A DNA stretch of 43,380 nt from a virus, in IMG/VR virus record IMGVR_UViG_3300045988_062151. One strand, 5' to 3'. The stretch's first letter is position 1. Every line of letters starts with the position of its first letter. Below, piece by piece: positions 32,216-39,572 of this stretch. The notes below the pieces were generated by a model. That model searched no databases, had not been told where the DNA came from, and saw only the letters and a list, made by a program, of their open reading frames with translations. Position numbers and translations under genes: made by a program.

Positions 32216-32244
32216 TTGACTATTGGTACCAATAGTGATATGAT
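32216..32244 (+). promoter_or_regulatory. Near-consensus sigma-A promoter with a palindromic operator in the spacer
   Basis: TTGACT, 17-nt spacer, TATGAT. The spacer contains the perfect 12-bp palindrome ATTGGTACCAAT (32222-32233). Confidence 0.6.
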
Positions 32245-32282
32245 ATAACCATCAAAGGAAAACACCTATGGAGGTAATAAAA

Positions 32283-32633
32283 ATGGCAAAAAGAAAAATG
32301 AACAAAGCGTATGATCTGTATAATGGATTTAAAGGAGAAAGCACAGTAGGAAAAGTTTTTCGAAGAATTCCAGAGGAATTGATAGATGGATTAACCGCAA
32401 AACAGATTGCAATGGTTGCAGAAGTTATTGCAAAAGCATATGCAGATGGAAAAGAATCCGCAGGTGCAGAAATGATTGATAATAACGCAGTGTATATCAA
32501 TAGCCTTGACAGAGTCATTGAGTGGAATGAAGAAGGCGCACAATATGAAAGAGTTCAGGTCAAAGAACCTGGATGCACTGTGACCAAAAGCGTCAAAGTG
32601 AAAGATGGAATCCTCGTTCCTAGATTTTCATAA
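32283..32633 (+). CDS. Hypothetical cargo protein
   Basis: Track ORF 32268..32633. ATG 32283 follows GGAGGT. It has its own promoter and terminator. Confidence 0.55.
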   Translation: MAKRKMNKAYDLYNGFKGESTVGKVFRRIPEELIDGLTAKQIAMVAEVIAKAYADGKESAGAEMIDNNAVYINSLDRVIEWNEEGAQYERVQVKEPGCTVTKSVKVKDGILVPRFS

Positions 32634-32797
32634 AAAGAGAAAAAGCATGATCTATATGACCATGCTAATCTCTTTTGCACATAAGTTAATAAACAAACGC
32701 ACTTTTCAACTCAACGTCACCGGCAGGGCGGCAACGACACACAACAACCCCTTGCGCTGTCGATGTAATTAATATATCATAAATAAGGAATAATTCA

Positions 32798-32980
32798 ATG
32801 AAAAAAAATATCATAATTAACAAAGCTGGAGGCAATGCTAGCAAAAATTCTGTTGCTTATAAAATAGGATTGCCTATAGAAATGGTAAAAGCACTGGGAG
32901 TTACACCAGATGATCGCCTGGTAGATGTCAGTTTTGAAAACGGGAAAATAGTGATTTCAAAAATAAATAACATGTCCTAA
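32798..32980 (+). CDS. AbrB/MazE/SpoVT-type DNA-binding (antitoxin-like) protein
   Basis: YKIGLPIEMVKALGVTPDDRLVDVSFENGKIVISK fits the swapped-hairpin SpoVT-AbrB pattern. Confidence 0.5.
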   Translation: MKKNIIINKAGGNASKNSVAYKIGLPIEMVKALGVTPDDRLVDVSFENGKIVISKINNMS

Positions 32981-33034
32981 TTTTGTCCTTACGGCAGGCA
33001 AAGAGTGTTGATTTTACAGCAAAAATCAGTGTTT

Positions 33035-33086
33035 GAGCACTTGACTTTTAATCAAGTTGTCCGGGGTTCGAATCCCCGATGTCTCA
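33035..33086 (+). other. attP core: 3' ~52 nt of a tRNA-Lys(UUU) gene
   Basis: gagca-CTTGA-CTTTTAA-TCAAG-ttgtc-CGGGG-TTCGAAT-CCCCG-ATGTCTC-a gives a complete anticodon arm, T arm and 3' acceptor strand. The 5' acceptor strand and D arm are missing. It lies 190 nt from the integrase gene. Confidence 0.7.
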
Positions 33087-33276
33087 CTAAAAAAACCGTT
33101 ATTCAAGAATCCCTTGGATAGCGGTTTTTCTTTGTATTTTCAACGTTTTTCCGGTGTGCAATGTGGAAAAATCCTCTCAAAAAATGTACATCTGTGTATG
33201 AGTAAGTTGAACAAAGTAAATGTCCTTTTTCTGTCCTTTTTGGGTTCTTCCGAGACAAGATGTCCTTGTTTTGTCC

Positions 33277-34395
33277 TCAAAAACCGATCGCATTTTCCAC
33301 TGCTTCTCCCGCTTTTTCCTGTTCTTCAATGATATGGTCATAGACGCTCAATACCATCTTTTCTGTGTCTCCCATCAGCCGGGCAATTTTCTTAATGGAG
33401 ATCTTCGGGATCTGGTAGCATAGCTGCGTGCAGTAGTTGTGCCGGAACACATGCGCTGTCAGACCCGGTACCAGATTCACAGCTTCATTCCCTCCGGCTG
33501 TCACGTTGATCTTCCGGACAATTGACGCCCACATTTTCCGGTAGGCTGATTTCGTCATGACTCCGCCTCCCCGTGACTTCTGGATCAGGTATCCATCTAC
33601 TCCGTGTAGGTACTCCTGTAGGAATGTGTATAAGAAGTCCGGCATGGGAACATCTCTGTATCCGTTTTCACTCTTCGGACACTTCGACACAGGGTTGTTC
33701 TTGTCGAATACCACGGCGCTGTGAATACGTACAGACCGGCTTTTCATGGCTATGTCCGTGCGGCAGAGCGCCAGAGCTTCCTCCCGGCGCAGTCCCAGAC
33801 CGTAGATCAGGTACACGAAGCACCGCTCCCGATCAGTGAAGTCTGCTTCCTTAATAGCTTTCTTCTCCAATGCCGTGAGCGGGCGTTTGGTGGGACTTTT
33901 ATACTTTGCCAATGAAATACCGTCGCATATATCTTTGTACGCTGCATCGGGCAGCAGGCGGTCAGCAATGGCACTCTTGATAACCTGCCGGAACGTGAGC
34001 GCAATCTGTTCGCAGGTTCGTGGCTTGTCTATGTTTGCATTGAGCACCTGCTGGAAGTGTAACCGGCTTATCTCCTGCAGCTTCACGCCGGATAACAGAG
34101 TCAGCTTTTTCTCGATTACATTATCATACATGCTCCGTGTGTTCAGCTCCGTGGCACATTTGTAGGTCTTGAACCACTGCCGGGCGTACTCCACAAACAG
34201 GACATCATCCGTCCTGGTGATCTTCCGTTCTTCTACCTGCCGTCGAATCTCCTCGACCTGCCGTTCCAGATCCCGGCTGGACTTTGCACTCTTTACGTTG
34301 ATCCGGTGTTTCGTTCCGTCTTTGTTGTAGGTTCCGTCCCATACCTTTGTTCGGTAGTATCCGTCTTTCCCTTTTTGATACTTCTGTGTAGCCAT
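33277..34395 (-). CDS. int: Tyrosine integrase
   Basis: 372 aa. LRREEAL, HVFRHNYCTQL and VLSVYDH give the R...HxxR...Y pattern. It lies next to the tRNA fragment. Confidence 0.85.
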   Translation of the reverse strand: MATQKYQKGKDGYYRTKVWDGTYNKDGTKHRINVKSAKSSRDLERQVEEIRRQVEERKITRTDDVLFVEYARQWFKTYKCATELNTRSMYDNVIEKKLTLLSGVKLQEISRLHFQQVLNANIDKPRTCEQIALTFRQVIKSAIADRLLPDAAYKDICDGISLAKYKSPTKRPLTALEKKAIKEADFTDRERCFVYLIYGLGLRREEALALCRTDIAMKSRSVRIHSAVVFDKNNPVSKCPKSENGYRDVPMPDFLYTFLQEYLHGVDGYLIQKSRGGGVMTKSAYRKMWASIVRKINVTAGGNEAVNLVPGLTAHVFRHNYCTQLCYQIPKISIKKIARLMGDTEKMVLSVYDHIIEEQEKAGEAVENAIGF

Positions 34396-34551
34396 CCTTA
34401 TATCCTCCTTAAAATGGGTATAAAAAATACAGCCAGCAATAAAAATTGCTTGCGTGGCTGCGCTTCTGGTGGTACACTATATTTGTGATCGCACATCACA
34501 CAACAAATATATAGGCGTACCACGAAAAGACGCTTATTAGACAGTTTTGGA

Positions 34552-34580
34552 GTCCTCCTGTTGGCGCAGGGGGACTTTTT
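34552..34580 (+). terminator. Hairpin with a T run (oriented for the + strand) between the immunity operon and int
   Basis: GTCCTCCTG-ttggcg-CAGGGGGAC followed by TTTTT. On the minus strand it directly follows the stop of 34581..35561 but has no U run. Confidence 0.4.
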
Positions 34581-35561
34581 CTATACTTTTATCTTCTCCA
34601 TTAACCGGTTCAGTTCATCCCGATCCCATAAAAGAACATTGGTCTTTCCGGCCAGATCTATTGCAGATTCCGTGAAGTGCTGATTTGTCAGCACCACCGG
34701 TACATGGCAGTCATAGTATTTTGCACCGGCATAAGCTTCCTGTACAGCTTTATTACCGATGTCTGAAGCATACCTTTTGCACTGTATTCCGTATTTCACT
34801 TTGTGCTTATAAGCTATGATGTCTATACCTTGATCTCCGCTTCCGGGCGTCACCTCGACATCCTCGTATCCATCTTTTCTTAACAGATCCGCACAAAATT
34901 CTTCAAAATCATGCCCCTCCATTTGATCTACAAAGCTTCCGACTCTTCTTTCAAACAAATCTATGTAGAATGATCTGTTCGCTTGCAAATCCTTCAACAT
35001 TTTGGATGGAGGCACAGCAAAATCGAATAAATCTTCAACCTGTGATAATGAATAAAGTATCTGACTTAATTCATTCATTGATAAGAAAAGTTCTTTCTGG
35101 TCTTTGGTTGACGTAAGAATTTCCATTAATTCATTGACACGTTTTAATTGTTCTGAAGCTCCGCTATATACCATAGATGAAAGAACCATGTCTCTGTCGT
35201 CTTGATTTTTCTTGATATTTTGCTTTATAAGTTCTTTTTCAAAACGATTAGGTTCGCCAGCAGCAATAATATCTTTTTCTGATGGCATAGGTTCTTCTTT
35301 TGGCAAAGATGGATTTTTGTATTCAACAATTTTCTTTAGTCTTGGTAAAGGCTTTATCTCGAAAAAGTTTATAATTTTATTGATTAAAAATATAACAATC
35401 TCGGTTGGTATCACAAAGAACAGATAAAGCATAATCATCATTGCAATCCACTGCGAAAAAGTTATGCCGTCCTTTCTTGGAACTGCTGTAAACATTACCA
35501 CTCCCATAAATCCATAAAATATGGTAACGGGTAAATTATATATTTTCTTCAAAAATTTCAT
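34581..35561 (-). CDS. Membrane-anchored Mrr-cat (restriction-endonuclease-fold) protein
   Basis: It has two N-terminal TM helices. The C-terminus FEEFCADLLRKDGYEDVEVTPGSGDQGIDIIAYK...GIQCKRY...VVLTNQHFTESA...LLWDRDEL matches the Mrr_cat D...(E/Q)xK pattern. Confidence 0.65.
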   Translation of the reverse strand: MKFLKKIYNLPVTIFYGFMGVVMFTAVPRKDGITFSQWIAMMIMLYLFFVIPTEIVIFLINKIINFFEIKPLPRLKKIVEYKNPSLPKEEPMPSEKDIIAAGEPNRFEKELIKQNIKKNQDDRDMVLSSMVYSGASEQLKRVNELMEILTSTKDQKELFLSMNELSQILYSLSQVEDLFDFAVPPSKMLKDLQANRSFYIDLFERRVGSFVDQMEGHDFEEFCADLLRKDGYEDVEVTPGSGDQGIDIIAYKHKVKYGIQCKRYASDIGNKAVQEAYAGAKYYDCHVPVVLTNQHFTESAIDLAGKTNVLLWDRDELNRLMEKIKV

Positions 35562-36007
35562 AGTTTCTTAAAATTCAGTAGTCTCTCCGTACATCCTATC
35601 AATCGTGCCAGTTGTCCAATGGTCATGCCGGGGTTGTCCAATATCGCATTGGTCGGAATGAGCAACTCCGCAGCAAAGGCATTCGCCTGCATTTCCGCCG
35701 TATTCTTAGGCAATGATTTCTCCCAGCTGAAAAAATAATAGTCGTCTTCGTGCAGAACAGCATGTCCCAGTTCGTGCGCGGCTATGACATTTTTTGCACT
35801 GAACGGGCAGTCACTATTGATGTATATGAATTTGTTTCCTGCTATCCTTAAACAACACCCGGAGATATTCCCCAGGGGTCCTGTCTGGACATGAATGCCC
35901 AGATATTCCGCGATTCGGAAAGGATCTTCTGTATCGTATCGTTCCTTTAGCTCTCTGGCTATCCTCTTCGCATTTTCCATATATCTTTTACTCCTTGCTC
36001 TTCTCAA
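35558..36007 (-). CDS. ImmA/IrrE-family zinc metalloprotease
   Basis: HELGHAVLH motif. It lies immediately downstream of the XRE repressor gene, in the classic pairing. Confidence 0.8.
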   Translation of the reverse strand: MRRARSKRYMENAKRIARELKERYDTEDPFRIAEYLGIHVQTGPLGNISGCCLRIAGNKFIYINSDCPFSAKNVIAAHELGHAVLHEDDYYFFSWEKSLPKNTAEMQANAFAAELLIPTNAILDNPGMTIGQLARLIGCTERLLNFKKL

Positions 36008-36371
36008 GTAGAGCTATTGAAATCCGAACCTGCTGCAAAAGTAACTCAATGCTTTCTTTGTCCGCAGGCTTTCCATCAAAATATAGAGGCTTTTGTTTAC
36101 CACTCAATAAAAGTTTCTCTAAATTAAGATATTCCTCTTTTAGATCTGGGTCTTTTATTTCTGATACATTGGACTGATCCTCCTTTCCAGTTAGTAAATA
36201 CTCAACAGTTACGTGAAAATATTCAGCAAGCTTTTGCATTCTTTCCGGTGTAGGCATACTTGTTTTCCACTTTGAAATAGATCCATTTGAAAAACCAAGC
36301 TCTTTTTCAAGTTTTGCTTGCGATATTTTGCGCTCTTTACGAAGCGTTTCTATACGTTCGTATACGCTCAT
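35988..36371 (-). CDS. XRE/CI-like repressor
   Basis: I moved the start to ATG 36371 (RBS AAAGGAG). RKERKISQAKLEKELGFSNGSISKWK is an XRE-type HTH. The longer track ORF (to 36548) covers the promoter region. Confidence 0.85.
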   Translation of the reverse strand: MSVYERIETLRKERKISQAKLEKELGFSNGSISKWKTSMPTPERMQKLAEYFHVTVEYLLTGKEDQSNVSEIKDPDLKEEYLNLEKLLLSGKQKPLYFDGKPADKESIELLLQQVRISIALLEKSKE

Positions 36372-36392
36372 AGAAACTCCTTTCTGATTACC

Positions 36393-36548
36393 GAAAGTTT
36401 TCTGTAAAAAGTACTTGACAATTAGAAAGTATTCTGTATAATAAAGGTACAAGCACAGAAAACTTTCAGTAAATTTAAAGCAGATACAGAAACTATCGTT
36501 TATGTTTTGTGGTGATTTCATAATAGAATAGTTTCTACAAATTGTCAA
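36393..36548. promoter_or_regulatory. Lysis-lysogeny switch: divergent promoters plus 13-bp operator repeats
   Basis: GAAAGTWTTCTGT occurs at 36393-36405 and 36425-36437 and inverted at 36455-36467, with degenerate copies at 36486-36498 and 36526-36538. The + strand promoter is TTGACA (36415-36420), 16-nt spacer, TATAAT (36437-36442). The minus strand promoter is TTGACA (36548-36543), 17-nt spacer, TATTAT (36525-36520). Confidence 0.7.
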
Positions 36549-36591
36549 TAGGTTTACTGAATATTTTCTATATTTATAGAAAGGAGAAAAT

Positions 36592-36774
36592 ATGCTTTAC
36601 GACAAAATCAAACAGATTTGTAAAGAAAAGGGCATAAGCGTTCGATCTGTCGAAAAAGAAGCCGGATTGTCTAATGGAGCAATTTCAAAATGGAATGAAG
36701 CTACCCCAAAAGTAGACAGTATCCAGTCTGTAGCAAAAGTTTTGAAGGTCGATATTAAAAAGCTCTTATGTTAA
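36592..36774 (+). CDS. Cro-like XRE HTH protein
   Basis: 60 aa. GISVRSVEKEAGLSNGAISKW is an HTH. The gene is divergent from the repressor gene. Confidence 0.7.
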   Translation: MLYDKIKQICKEKGISVRSVEKEAGLSNGAISKWNEATPKVDSIQSVAKVLKVDIKKLLC

Positions 36775-36784
36775 GGAGGAAAAA

Positions 36785-36910
36785 GTGAAAGGGAACGATG
36801 CAGCTGTTCTTGCGGCTATGACAATTAAAGCATTGAATGAAGAAGTGAAAAAACTTCGGGAAGAAAACGAAAAATTGAGAAAAATGTTAGGAGGAAAACA
36901 GATTGGATAA
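36785..36910 (+). CDS. Small coiled-coil protein (41 aa)
   Basis: GTG 36785 lies 5 nt after AAGGAGG. Below the ORF-track cutoff. Confidence 0.4.
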   Translation: MKGNDAAVLAAMTIKALNEEVKKLREENEKLRKMLGGKQIG

Positions 36911-37631
36911 CTTAATCAATATTACTTACAACGAAGATCAACCGACAGTGTCAGCGAGAGAACTGCATGAGCAGCTTCATATCGGCACCAAGTTTACTAC
37001 ATGGTTTGATCGTATGAAAGAATACGGATTTACAGAAGGAAATGAGTTTTTCCCAAAAATGGGAGAAACCTCCGAGAACGGCGGCAGACCATCAGTTGAC
37101 TACGATATTACCGTTGACATGGCAAAACAGATTTGTATGATTCAGCGGACACCGGAAGGAAAAGCGGTGCGTCAGTATCTTCTCGATCTTGAAAAAGCGT
37201 GGAACTCTCCAGATCAGGTTATGTCCCGAGCTTTGAAGATGGCAGACCGCACAATCAACAACCTCAAAGAGACGAACGCAAAGCTTCTGGAAGATACGGC
37301 GCGAATGAAACCGAAAGAAATTTTCGCCGATGCTGTGAGTGCTTCTCATACATCTATCCTGATCGGTGCGCTGGCAAAGATTATCAGTCAGAACGGTGTC
37401 CAGATCGGACAGAACCGGTTGTTTGCATGGATGCGTGAGAATGGGTATCTGATTACCAGACGGGGCGCAGATTACAATATGCCGACGCAGAAATCAATGG
37501 AAATGAAGCTTTTTGAAATCAAAGAGCGGACGGTCAATAACCCGGACGGAAGTGTAAGGATTATACGCACGGCATTGGTTACTGGGAAAGGTCAACAGTA
37601 TTTCATCAACAAATTTCTGACCAAGGAATAG
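36903..37631 (+). CDS. Antirepressor (AntA-like N-terminus plus KilAC/ANT C-terminal domain)
   Basis: TTG start after AGGAGG. The N-terminus VSARELHEQLHIGTKFTTWFDRM and the C-terminus IGQNRLFAWMRENGYLI...MPTQKSMEMKLFEIKE support the call. Confidence 0.75.
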   Translation: MDNLINITYNEDQPTVSARELHEQLHIGTKFTTWFDRMKEYGFTEGNEFFPKMGETSENGGRPSVDYDITVDMAKQICMIQRTPEGKAVRQYLLDLEKAWNSPDQVMSRALKMADRTINNLKETNAKLLEDTARMKPKEIFADAVSASHTSILIGALAKIISQNGVQIGQNRLFAWMRENGYLITRRGADYNMPTQKSMEMKLFEIKERTVNNPDGSVRIIRTALVTGKGQQYFINKFLTKE

Positions 37632-37682
37632 AAAGGAAACAAGGAGGGTAAAAAGACGAGCGCTAAGAAAAAAATACGTAAG

Positions 37683-37874
37683 TTGGAAAAGAGAGTTGCC
37701 AGTCTTGAAACAACGGTTGCTCAGCTCCAGCTTGAGAGTGGCAAACAGCTTCTGGAGGATGTTGCTTCTGATGTTAAGAAAAACCCATCGTTCAAAAAGT
37801 TGGTAGGAAGTCGAATATCACTTGGCCGGAAAGCTGACTATGAGGGAGAAAAAGGAGAGGCATGCAGGAGGTAG
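37683..37874 (+). CDS. Coiled-coil hypothetical protein (start unresolved)
   Basis: The track ORF starts at TTG 37683. The open frame and the AAGGAGGG RBS (37641-37648) lie further upstream with no canonical start between them. Confidence 0.4.
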   Translation: MEKRVASLETTVAQLQLESGKQLLEDVASDVKKNPSFKKLVGSRISLGRKADYEGEKGEACRR

Positions 37875-38131
37875 GGTTAGAAAATTTACGCTGTGCAATC
37901 GTGATCCTGGCAGTACAGGATTACGCCGAAGCACTCCGGTACTTGCATCTTCCTGCACACAGGCAGGAGGAAGAGAAGTTCCGCAAGGCGAAGTACACCC
38001 GGGAAGAATGTGAGAGATTCTTCCAGTCTGACTGGTTTACGGTTCTGTCCGATATGGACGGTCCGCAGATGATGGAAGCGGTCAGAAAAAAAGCGTACAA
38101 TGGCAAATTCAACAAATTGAATTATCCATAG
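37862..38131 (+). CDS. Hypothetical protein
   Basis: 89-aa ORF overlapping the upstream stop. Confidence 0.5.
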   Translation: MQEVGLENLRCAIVILAVQDYAEALRYLHLPAHRQEEEKFRKAKYTREECERFFQSDWFTVLSDMDGPQMMEAVRKKAYNGKFNKLNYP

Positions 38132-38397
38132 GTTACGCAAAAGAAAAACCATAGGTTTTTAAAATGTAAAACCATTGGTTATGAGGTTTTGAAAACATGG
38201 TTTTTTAGATGTTTTCTGGAAGTGAAAAAGGAATTGAAAAGTGAAATTGTATTTTTGAGTTCTAAGAAAATGGTTACGAATAGCTAACCAAAAATGAGAG
38301 ATTCCAGAAAACGTTGAAATTACAGCATTTATCTATATTTTATCCGGTGGTTATTAACTGAAAAACCATAGGTTTTGAAAATAAAAAACCATAGGTT
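38126..38397. repeat. Iteron-like array of the dyad motif AACCATAGGTT
   Basis: Perfect CCATAGGTT at 38126-38134, 38149-38157, 38366-38374 and 38389-38397. Variants lie at 38170-38180 (aaccattggtt), 38193-38203 and 38268-38278. The context is AT-rich and ORF-free. Confidence 0.7.
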
Positions 38398-38494
38398 ATG
38401 CAAAGTTAAAACCTAATGTAAAGGAAAAGGAAAAGGTAAATGTAAAAGAAAAAGATAAATATATATTGTGCGTTTTGCGTGATTGGAGGGCGTA

Positions 38495-38689
38495 ATGCAG
38501 TACAAGAAAAAGATCATGAGAGCGTCGGAAATTGAGCAGGAATACGGCTATGCTAAGAGTAGTATATCCAGACTCATTCACATGCCGGGTCAGACGTTCG
38601 CATTCAAGCTCCACCCGGAGAGAAGGAACTCACCGGTGCTGATCGACACCGAACGGTTTGAGCGGTGGAGACAGAGGAATACTGGTTAA
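38495..38689 (+). CDS. Excisionase/AlpA-like HTH protein
   Basis: ATG 38495 follows GGAGGG. IMRASEIEQEYGYAKSSISRLIH and FERWRQRN resemble Xis/MerR-type HTH_17 proteins. Confidence 0.45.
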   Translation: MQYKKKIMRASEIEQEYGYAKSSISRLIHMPGQTFAFKLHPERRNSPVLIDTERFERWRQRNTG

Positions 38690-38863
38690 AACTCACGGAG
38701 CGGAGGAAGTAAAAGAGATTGAAAAACAGAGTAACTGAACAATGGGCGCCCCGGAGGTGATAGGAACACCATCCGGAGCAATGCACCCACATTGAGAACA
38801 CCAATGCGGATACAGGTTAATTTTAGCACATATCTCCTGTATCGGCAAGAACAGGAGGTTTAC

Positions 38864-39067
38864 ATGAAAAAAACACAAACGGATGAAAAAACAGTAAAAA
38901 CATTGGACGAGGTACGCGAAGTACTGGCCACCGAAGTAATCGGACAGGCGAGAAAGCAGACAAAACGCTGGATGATGGCATTTCTAGTGGCGCTGGCACT
39001 GCTGGTAAGCAGTAATGTGGCGTGGGCGTATGCGTACACCACATCAGTAGAACAGGAGGCGGAGTGA
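38864..39067 (+). CDS. Small single-TM protein
   Basis: ATG 38864 follows AGGAGG. The TM helix is WMMAFLVALALLVSSNVAWAYAY. Confidence 0.5.
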   Translation: MKKTQTDEKTVKTLDEVREVLATEVIGQARKQTKRWMMAFLVALALLVSSNVAWAYAYTTSVEQEAE

Positions 39068-39240
39068 TGAAGTTATATAAGATCCTCTACGGGATCGGGA
39101 TTTTCACGGCATTGTTCGGATGCATGACACTCTGCGGTGCAATCGAATGGCGAACCAGTCTGGTTCCGCCACTGGTTATCACAGCAGTAGGCGTGGCGTT
39201 TTTCCTGGCAGGTTACCGGGAGAGCGGCGGGTATTTCTAG
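39067..39240 (+). CDS. Small two-TM protein (57 aa)
   Basis: The ATG overlaps the upstream TGA by 1 nt. The hydrophobic helices are ILYGIGIFTALFGCMTLCGAI and LVITAVGVAFFLAGY. Confidence 0.45.
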   Translation: MKLYKILYGIGIFTALFGCMTLCGAIEWRTSLVPPLVITAVGVAFFLAGYRESGGYF

Positions 39241-39249
39241 GAGGCGGAC

Positions 39250-39336
39250 ATGAAATTTTTGAATGAAAACAAATGGCCAATCATGATGCTGGCGGGACTG
39301 GCATTCTGGTGGCTGATATGGAGGATTGGAGCATGA
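39250..39336 (+). CDS. Mini membrane peptide (28 aa)
   Basis: ATG 39250 lies 6 nt after AGGAGG. The peptide reads WPIMMLAGLAFWWLIW. Its stop overlaps the next start. Confidence 0.35.
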   Translation: MKFLNENKWPIMMLAGLAFWWLIWRIGA

Positions 39337-39572
39337 ATGAAAAACCTGAAATATTTGAGCTTAAAGACAGGATCATTGTAGATCAGTGGGAACATAACAT
39401 ATATGTGAAAATGCAGTACATGATTGACCTGTTCGACAGAATGAGCAGAGCAAAGAAGAGCATGAGCATTAACGATGCCAGGATGATTTTTGAGCTTGAC
39501 CCGCTCCCGGAAGAACCGGCACCACCGTGGGAGCAGGAATTTGACCCGGGCGAAGACCCGGAGGCGTGCTGA
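39333..39572 (+). CDS. Hypothetical acidic protein
   Basis: Track ORF 39273..39572. I moved the start to ATG 39333 (GGAGG upstream). Confidence 0.5.
   Translation: MNEKPEIFELKDRIIVDQWEHNIYVKMQYMIDLFDRMSRAKKSMSINDARMIFELDPLPEEPAPPWEQEFDPGEDPEAC

Noticed and set aside
33057-33423. Track ORFs 33057..33332 and 33220..33423 (+)
   Set aside because: They start inside the tRNA-Lys fragment/attP or run antisense into the integrase gene. They have no RBS, and their translations are low complexity.
36372-36548. N-terminal extension of the repressor ORF to 36548
   Set aside because: The extension covers the operator/promoter region and translates to Cys/Phe-rich nonsense. ATG 36371 has an RBS and starts right at the HTH domain.
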